A stretch of 16,824 nucleotides of DNA from Octopus sinensis. Lineage: Eukaryota. Below the pieces are notes generated by a model. The model did no database searches and had not been told where the DNA came from. It was given only the letters and a program-made list of their open reading frames with translations. Below, one piece after another: positions 9,746 through 16,824 of this stretch. Every line of letters starts with the position of its first letter. Position 1 is the stretch's first letter. The stretch covers positions 1-16,824 of the forward strand of contig NW_021825071.1 of NCBI RefSeq assembly GCF_006345805.1, written 5' to 3'. A program made the translations under genes and the position numbers.

Positions 9746-10143
9746 CCGTAAATGAAGGGTGACTTAATTAATTTGGAAAAATATCAATACCACCAAGTAG
9801 TCTTCGGCATGTAAAAGCCTCATTCGAGGAAAATTTAAGTAATACTAAGCAATAAGGGTTTAGCAACGAGTTGCTTACCACACACGAATTTGAAATAGTC
9901 AAAGGGTTATAGCTATTTCTTCTACTGAAAGGGAGATCTCATAACAACAGCATTTGGAAGGCAGACAAAACAGGTAAGAAAGAGTGAATTGACTGCAATC
10001 TATCATACATTTTTTTAGTTATCCACGGACGTACGTTTTACTGAGATCTCCCTTTTCATAGAAGAAATAGCTATAACCCTTTGACTGCTATTTCTAAATT
10101 CGGTATGTGGTAAGGCAACTCGTTGCTAAACCCTTATTGCTTA
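9746..10143. mobile_element. TA-flanked element with inverted repeat arms 9846-9941 and 10042-10143 (100-bp spacer); inverted pseudo-LTR-like
   Basis: taagcaataagggtttagcaacgagttgc...gggagatctca recurs as its reverse complement at roughly 90% identity (mostly small indels). The left copy extends ~100 bp beyond the arm. Confidence 0.75.
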
Positions 10144-10309
10144 TATATATATATATATTATATATATATATATACACACACATACATACACACATATATA
10201 TATATACATACATGCATGCATACATACATGCATGCATGCATACATACGTACATACATACATACATACATACATACATACATACATACATACATACATACA
10301 TACATACAT
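10144..10309. repeat. (TA)n/(TACA)n microsatellite
   Basis: Direct reading. Confidence 0.95.
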
Positions 10310-10310
10310 T

Positions 10311-10477
10311 TACACGACGGTCTTCCACATGATTTCCGTCCAGCAAATTCACTCACAAGGTACTTCCTGGTCGGCCTGAGAGTATAGTACAAAACTCTTG
10401 CCGAAGTTGGCGCTCAGTGTGGGACGAAACCCGAAAACACGTGGTTGTAAAGCAAACATTTTAACCACACAACCACA
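10311..10477 (-). mobile_element. 5' half (tRNA head and body) of the microsatellite-containing SINE
   Basis: Reverse complement tgtggttgtgtggttaaaatgtttgctttacaaccacgtgttttcgggtttcgtccc...caggccgacca..ccttgtgagtgaatttgctggacggaaa..gaagaccgtcgtgta aligns to 8766-8905 and keeps A-box and B-box-like motifs. Confidence 0.78.
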
Positions 10478-10644
10478 GTAAGAATATGATGGCCTGAGAG
10501 GAATGTATAAGATATAAAGTACAATATATAATGTATATAAAAAGAATCCATGTAATATTTAGTATCATGTTGGACATAGTGAAGTTGAAAACCACGTAAT
10601 ATAATGACTGTTAACGTACGTGGTGAGCTAGGAATAATATATCA

Positions 10645-10745
10645 GTGTGCATATATATTATATATATGTGTGTGTATGTGTGTGTGTGTGTGTGTATGTA
10701 TCTTTATGTGCATATATGCATATGCAAATGTATGTATATGTATAT

Positions 10746-10799
<54 letters not shown>

Positions 10800-10801
10800 G
10801 G

Positions 10802-10832
<31 letters not shown>
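10645..10832. repeat. Compound (TG)/(TA)/(GA) microsatellite
   Basis: Direct reading. Confidence 0.9.
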
Positions 10833-10905
10833 ATAACGAGCGATATAATAAAAGGAATAAAAGAAAGCAGGCAAACGCAGTGCAATCAGCCAACACCAGG
10901 TGAAC

Positions 10906-10916
10906 TATATAATAAT

Positions 10917-10947
<31 letters not shown>

Positions 10948-11087
10948 TAGTAATAATAATAATAATAATAATATAATAATCTAATATAATATAATAATAA
11001 TAATAATAATATAATAATATAATAATATAGAATAATAATATAATAATAATAATATAATAATAATAATATAATATAATAATAAGAATA

Positions 11088-11136
<49 letters not shown>

Positions 11137-11170
11137 TAAAATAATAATAATAAATATAATAATAGTAATA

Positions 11171-11243
<73 letters not shown>

Positions 11244-11260
11244 TAATAATAGTAATAATA

Positions 11261-11303
<43 letters not shown>

Positions 11304-11473
11304 TAATAATATATAATAATAATATAATAATAATATAATAATAATAGTAATAATAATAATAATAATATAATAAAATAATAATAATAATATAATAATAATA
11401 GTAAATAATATAATAATAATAATAATAATAAATAATATAATAATAATAATATAATATAATATAAAATATAATA

Positions 11474-11509
<36 letters not shown>

Positions 11510-11548
11510 TAATAATAATAATAATAAATAATCGTAATAATAATATAA

Positions 11549-11591
<43 letters not shown>

Positions 11592-11592
11592 G

Positions 11593-11640
<48 letters not shown>

Positions 11641-11749
11641 GTAATAATAATATAATAATAATAATAAATAATAATAATATAATAATAATAATAAATAGTA
11701 ATAATAATAATATAATAATAATAATAATAATAATAATATATAATAATAT

Positions 11750-11787
<38 letters not shown>
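10906..11787. repeat. Very long imperfect (AAT)n trinucleotide tract (~880 bp)
   Basis: Direct reading; source of the spurious 307-aa and 277-aa I/L/Y ORFs. Confidence 0.98.
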
Positions 11788-11789
<2 letters not shown>

Positions 11790-12489
11790 TTCTTGATACA
11801 GGCAGACAAAACAAGGGCTCAGAATAAAAATAAAGCGACGGAAAAAAGAAACAGAAGTGGGTCAGAAAGGAAAAAGGGTGAAGAATGATAAACGATTGGG
11901 TAATAAATCTAACATTTTAGATAGAACCACGTGAAATGTGCCATGTTGATGTATGGAGGTTGGGTACATTACGTCTAAATCTATATAACGAACCAAAAGG
12001 CAGTACAGTTATGTTATTATATAAGTTCAGAGAAAACTGATGTCACCAAAAAGATGGAAGTAATTAAAATTACTCCTGTATAAAATTCAAATTATGCAAT
12101 CGAGTACGTGACATTGACAAGTCGCAAAAGCGATGAAATACGCATCAGTCACCTCCGAGGCGATTTCATTTCGTCTTCTTCTGAAGTTTATAGTGTGTTT
12201 TTCAATGCATTACGTCTAAAAAGCGATTTTTTTCCAGGCGAAAAACTACAGCTCATACGTTAAGCATGTTATACACATCTAGATTTTTGCCGCTGTATCT
12301 TTTTATCCCAACTCTTATTTCTATATGCTTTTTAGACTGACACATTATTGAGCGTCATAAGTGCACATACAGTATGTCGGAGTGAACAGGCGGTTTGGGG
12401 GTTTTCCACAATGTGACGCGTACAGCTATGTTGGGCCGTAATGTTTATATAATTGCGTGCGCGATGTGGTGTCTGTTACAACATTAAAA

Positions 12490-12743
12490 ACATACGCACA
12501 TACCCCACCAGCACTTACACCACCACCACCACACTAACAACACACACATTGACACACACTGACACACATTCGCAACACATACTCATACACACATACACAC
12601 GCGCGCATACACATACAAATGTGTATACCCACCATTCTACATACACATGCATTCACATCTACACACATACTCATACAAACGCACATGAACACACATACAT
12701 ATATACACCAGTCTACACATATACACATACATACATACGCACA

Positions 12744-12775
<32 letters not shown>
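12490..12775. repeat. Degenerate (CA)n microsatellite
   Basis: Direct reading. Confidence 0.9.
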
Positions 12776-12967
12776 GAGGAATGAATACGGAAAAACAATA
12801 TATAAGAGAAGCACCCGATCTATTAAGTTCATTGAACGGTGGGTCAGAAACGTGCGAGTACAACTTTGACATTTGGAAACAGAATAATAAAATAAAAGAG
12901 AAGGAAAGAATTACATTGAATGTGAGTGTGTTTATTGTATATGTATTCATAAAGTAATAAGTACTTT

Positions 12968-12999
<32 letters not shown>

Positions 13000-13062
13000 T
13001 CTCTCTCTTTCTCTGTTTCTCTCTCCCTATATATATATATATATGTATGTATGTATGTATTG

Positions 13063-13600
13063 TATTTATATTAAGGGCATTACTATACATAAATGCCTCA
13101 CGTTAGGAGGGACTCTTAAAGTCAAAACTACCATAATAAAACACATTGTATCGAACGCGAGGGAATGCAACTCTCGAAGCGAGCCTTCTAAAACTAGATT
13201 CAGCTGCATATCATATGATTTCATAATTAGTGCACAGAACGCACTTTTTAATCGTCAGTACAAGCATAATCAAGACACATGAAAATGAACAAAAAATCAA
13301 CATACCAGACGAACACCAAATGCGTCTAGCATAGTACATAGGATTGTTCACACTTATATATCTATGTAAGAGGCGGGCTTTTCGAATTGCGTCCCGGTAC
13401 ACGTATTTATCTAGAATAAAATTCAGCACTGAATATATTCCAGTTTAAATTTACAATTGAAAAATGGGATAAAATCTTTATAAGAATTTATCAAGTAGTT
13501 AGCGTGAAAAACCTCGTAAGAGAAAAATCCATCAATTATTCCTCTTAAACATATCTATTTATAAAAAGGGCATTACTCTTAAAGTAAAAACTGCCATAAT
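13063..13600. mobile_element. Repeat element with a partial terminal direct repeat (13073-13137 vs 13566-13600), pseudo-LTR/partial-tandem-like
   Basis: aagggcattact[30 nt]cttaaagtcaaaactaccataat recurs as aagggcattactcttaaagtaaaaactgccataat. The element begins at a (CT)/(TA)/(TATG) microsatellite. Confidence 0.55.
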
Positions 13601-14275
13601 CCTGAACAGGTCGTTCTTCCCTATGACCATCGCAGCCACCTGCGATGGCCAGTCAGGGTCCTCCATGCAGGATAGAATCCTCTCCCTTCGGCCCTTAGCA
13701 GTTCAAAACACAGTTCACAAAAATTCAAATAATAAAAGAGAAGAACAAAAAGGAAGTCTCAACAAAAAGGAAGAGAAAAATAAAATTCAATACAGAGTTT
13801 CAAACATAAAGGACAGAAGAACAGAGAGCGAGGGTTCAAAGCACAGCAAGAAGTTTTTTGGCCACACGGTACTCCCGGCCTTCAACTGCAACACAGCTTC
13901 TCACAGTTATTGTCTAATTCCTCGAAATTATTTTTTAAAAAATCCCACGAAATTAAACGGGAACAGTTCTCACATTTAATTGAGAATAACACAATTCTCA
14001 AATTAAATTAAACTTGGTGGCGGGATACGCCTCCAAACAGCAATTCTTACAATTAAGTGAGAAAAACAAAATGCTCTACTGCAGGCAGACCAAAGCCCAG
14101 AATCCAGTGACGACTCCTTGCTTGTACAAAAAATAAATCTCACAAACAACGAACCCTCACTGGACCCAAAAGGCAAAACGTCTCATCTTACAGTAGAACC
14201 TCTTTCAGTAACAACTTTCGTCCGCCGCAGAGCAGCGGGGCGACTTCTACAGGTGAGTGAAGAAAACTAAACAAC

Positions 14276-14320
14276 CGGAACCGGTAGCGAGCTTCTTACC
14301 ACACAGCCACACCTGCGCCT
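14276..14320 (-). mobile_element. tRNA SINE head fragment (family of 8763-9130)
   Basis: Reverse complement aggcgcaggtgtggctgtgtggtaagaagctcgctaccggttccgg contains the A box tggctgtgtgg. Confidence 0.75.
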
Positions 14321-14335
14321 ATGTACATATACATT

Positions 14336-14385
<50 letters not shown>

Positions 14386-14509
14386 AGTAGGTGAATGAAT
14401 AATTCTAGTATGGATAATTCGGTTAATCGATACCTGGGTAGCAAATTCACGTCAGAAAACACGGTTGAAGCTACATGCCAAGGACAGAAATCCCGTGTTC
14501 TTGTGTGGA

Positions 14510-15260
14510 AATTTGTGTGTTTTTTTTATATGAATAAAGGAAAGAATGGAGTCGAACGAAGATTTTAACAAAATTCCTTTACTCTCAACACATGTTTCGA
14601 AGACTGCATACTCTTAATTCCGAAGGAATAAAAGAATAAAGGGTGCATTATGCCGTCTTCTCATCAGGAAAGACAAGGAACCTCTATCAGCCTCAAGACG
14701 AACAAAAACTTTTTGATGACTGCCTACATGGTGTCCACAGTGATACTGAGTGTTTTAAAAAAACACTCAGTTTTTAAAACACACGCCAACCACATTTCGT
14801 ATTCAGCGATCAAGAGGATAAACAGTGCAACCCCTCGCGTTGTGAATCCCTATACGTTTTGATTGGTTGTTCAACTACTTCGAAAGTCAATCAAGAGTCA
14901 ATCAACAGTTCATTCAGGCGACAAGAAAATGATTGAAAGGAATTGATCATAGAATTGTTGGTACAGTAGTTAAATCGTTTTCCTTGGTGAACAGTGGTTA
15001 GGTAGAAGCAGTGCCTTTTTAAAGCATGAGTACGCTGGAAAGTGGCTTGGAGTTCACACAAGTCTATGGTCCCAGTTCTCATCTACATATGCTGTTGCTT
15101 GCTGTCAGTAAATATACACTATAAGGTTCCGTACACTGATTTGCCCGGAGGCCTATAATGTTGCTAAGACGGCCTGGGATGGAAGGTTATGTATGCCATG
15201 GCGAAGGCAGTTGACACTGTGAGTTAAATCTGTAGACATTGTATATATCTTTTTCTTGGT
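14510..15260 (-). mobile_element. 3' end of a decayed Penelope-like element (GIY-YIG relic plus pseudo-LTR carrying the hammerhead)
   Basis: Minus-strand translation across frameshifts gives SVNCL..MAYI...RP (15165-15220), ENWDH (~15070) and KENDLTTVPTIL (~14950-14985), in GIY-YIG C-terminal order. The hammerhead follows on the same strand. Boundaries are approximate. Confidence 0.5.
14582..14672 (-). ncRNA. Type I hammerhead ribozyme (Penelope pseudo-LTR type, near-palindromic helix III)
   Basis: Minus strand: CUUUC (stem I) - CUGAUGA - GAAGAC.GCAUA...UAUGC.GUCUUC (stem II, 6+5 bp) - GAA - ACAUGUGU (helix III) - U - GAGAG (stem I', one G.U pair). All conserved core nucleotides are present; the cleavage triplet is GUU. 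Confidence 0.75.
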
Positions 15261-15371
15261 TGTGTGGTCAAGAAACCGGAAGAAAGGTCGCTAATTTGGC
15301 CCGTAATCTTAACGATTATGCTAGCTCTCTGCATTAGTACGGTTAAAAAAGGGTTTCAATATTTAATTTTA

Positions 15372-15552
15372 GGGGAGCAGTAAATCGATTAGCTCGACTC
15401 CTATACTCAACAGGTATTTTATCGAACCCAAAAGGATATAAAAGGCAAAGCTAACGTCAGGGAAGTTTGAAAACAGGACGTAAAGAACCGGAAGATATGC
15501 TGTTAAGCACCCAACCCCGCGATGCACTAACGATTTTACCAGCTTGCCGCCT
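15372..15552 (-). mobile_element. Third tRNA-derived SINE type with a Nin/Inv-domain-like central motif, diverged
   Basis: Reverse complement aggcggcaagctggtaaaatcgttagtgcatcgcgg...ttttcaaacttccctgacgttagctttgccttttatatccttttgggttcgataaaatacctgttgagtataggagtcgagctaatcgatt. The tttgcctt..atcctt..gggtcgataaa segment resembles the Nin domain of invertebrate SINEs. Confidence 0.65.
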
Positions 15553-15677
15553 CTGGTGACGGTTAATAATAACAGTGAATTGGAGTCGTAATATTTTTCA
15601 CCAAAGGTCTGCTCGAACAGAATCGACTCAGAGCCAAGCAACATATTGTAGTTTCTAATGGAAGATATTGGTTGATT

Positions 15678-16067
15678 CGTGGAGGCGCAATGTCCCAGTG
15701 GTTAGGGCAGCGGACTCCCGGTCGTAGGATCGCGGTTTCGATTCCCAGACCGGGCGTTGTGAGTGTTTATTGAGCGAAAACACCTAAAAGCTCCACGAGG
15801 CTCCGACAGGGGATGGTGGTGATCCCTGCTGTACTCTTTCACCACAACTTTCTCTCACTCTTACTTCCTACTTTCTGTTGTACCTGTATTTCAAAGGGCC
15901 GGCCTTGTCACTCTCTGTGTCACGCTCGCTGAATATCCCCGAGAACTACGTTAAGGGTACACGTGTCTGTGGAGTGCTCAGCCACTTACACGTTAATTTC
16001 ACGAGCAGGCTGTTCCGTTGATCGGATCAACCGGAACCCTCGTCGTCGGAACCGACGGAGTGCTTCC
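15678..16067 (+). mobile_element. Full-length 390-bp tRNA-derived SINE with an 11-bp target-site duplication (octopus OK/OR-type; exact family needs a search)
   Basis: A box tgtcccagtgg at 15691-15701 and B box ggtttcgattccc at 15734-15746. The perfect TSD attggttgatt is at 15667-15677 and 16068-16078. The 3' part matches 1-154. Confidence 0.92.
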
Positions 16068-16179
16068 ATTGGTTGATTAGACCGACGCCTGTATTTGAAG
16101 TTTTTATTTTTTTATTTTACCGAAACAGAAGTTTGGAAACCTCTGTTGGCCTGAATCTGTAAATATAAATAATTACTTT

Positions 16180-16300
16180 AATGGCGGCAAAGAGCTTAAA
16201 AAGTGAATGGTGTCTAGATAACTCCCTTTGCTCCATTTTACCTGTCATAATTCTGGAGTCAATGAAATAAGTAAGAATCAAGTAAGTATGATGTGGGTTG
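16180..16300 (+). mobile_element. Very decayed copy of the Nin-like SINE
   Basis: atggcggcaaagagct start and tttacctgtcataattctggagtcaatgaaataagta weakly match the reverse complement of 15372-15552. Confidence 0.3.
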
Positions 16301-16529
16301 GAGTCTTTACACCAATGCTCATGGGGCAATCAATATTTGGTACCATTGCGGTAACTTGCTTACAACAAGCTCCTTGTAATTTAAGGGATGCTGTGCCTTA
16401 AATGACTCTGAGAGCTCTGCTTCTATCCTTTGATAGGACAAAAGATACAGGCCAGACTCATACGGATCATCTCGTCCCAGAGGCACAAATGAATTTGCGT
16501 AGGGCTACAATCACCAAAATTATCGATGA

Positions 16530-16712
16530 CCTTTCAAAACCATAAAGACTTGAAGGAAAGGCTTTCTTCTGGGAAACATATGATGTGGTGATGCAAAATC
16601 CGAGACAAAGCTGCTAGGAGGCAGAGATCCTACAGGAGAGAAGCAGAAAACAGCCCAGGGTCAAAAACGATAGAGAAAAGTCGTCGATGGTCTATGTGCC
16701 TCGCTGCGAGCG
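16530..16712 (+). mobile_element. RTE-group LINE extreme C-terminus relic
   Basis: DPTGEKQK (cf. NPQGKRKR), then TAQGQKR*RKVVDGLCASLRAK, matching the AQDR.RWR.VV.GLC terminus of RTE-group ORF2 (TGG mutated to TAG). Confidence 0.6.
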
Positions 16713-16824
16713 AAGGACTTACATACAGGTACATGTGGGACGGAAATTGTTGGGGTCAGTTCAACGTTGGAGATGAAAACTTCCTCCAACCTTAAAGAGA
16801 ACAATTTTTCACAAAGCTGCTCCA

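Noticed and set aside
10886-11814. 307-aa and 277-aa minus-strand ORFs
   Set aside because: Pure translations of (ATT)n giving poly-I/L/Y. There is no domain, and stops are absent only because of repeat composition.
12130-12174. Imperfect ~17-bp hairpin, possible pre-miRNA
   Set aside because: Too short and mismatched for a pre-miRNA, and no known mature sequence recognised.
13623-13979. 118-aa plus-strand ORF
   Set aside because: K/N/E-rich because of A-rich composition; no recognisable domain.
14194-14258. Candidate small exon ending at the consensus donor CAG|GTGAGT (14250-14258)
   Set aside because: No recognisable peptide or partner exons, and isolated splice consensus matches are common by chance.
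15681-15756. Possible tRNA gene
   Set aside because: A and B boxes are present but there is no proper acceptor stem or terminator. It continues into a SINE body bounded by a TSD.
1-16824. CRISPR array, operon or other prokaryotic system
   Set aside because: No regularly spaced repeat-spacer array and no gene-dense coding structure. The window is typical repeat-rich animal genomic DNA.

Overview
AT-rich, microsatellite-saturated eukaryotic non-coding DNA, most likely from an octopus (inferred from the tRNA-derived SINE families and the density of compound (TA)/(CA)/(TACA)/(AAT) repeats; not confirmed by a search). I find no credible host protein-coding gene. The long ORFs in the track are microsatellite translations, and the only protein-like text comes from decayed retrotransposons. 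Contents: three tRNA-derived SINE types (one full-length copy with an 11-bp TSD), three RTE-like LINE 3' relics, two very decayed Penelope-like (GIY-YIG) relics, two ~100-bp inverted repeats and an ~880-bp (AAT)n tract. The most notable signal is a type I hammerhead ribozyme with an intact CUGAUGA/GAAA core on the minus strand at 14582-14672, downstream of a Penelope-like relic. Several other TA-flanked repeat modules keep hammerhead architecture (stem II, GAA, palindromic helix III, stem I) but have non-canonical or deleted cores. Hammerheads in Penelope-like elements are established biology, so any novelty would lie in the variant cores, which are untested inference.
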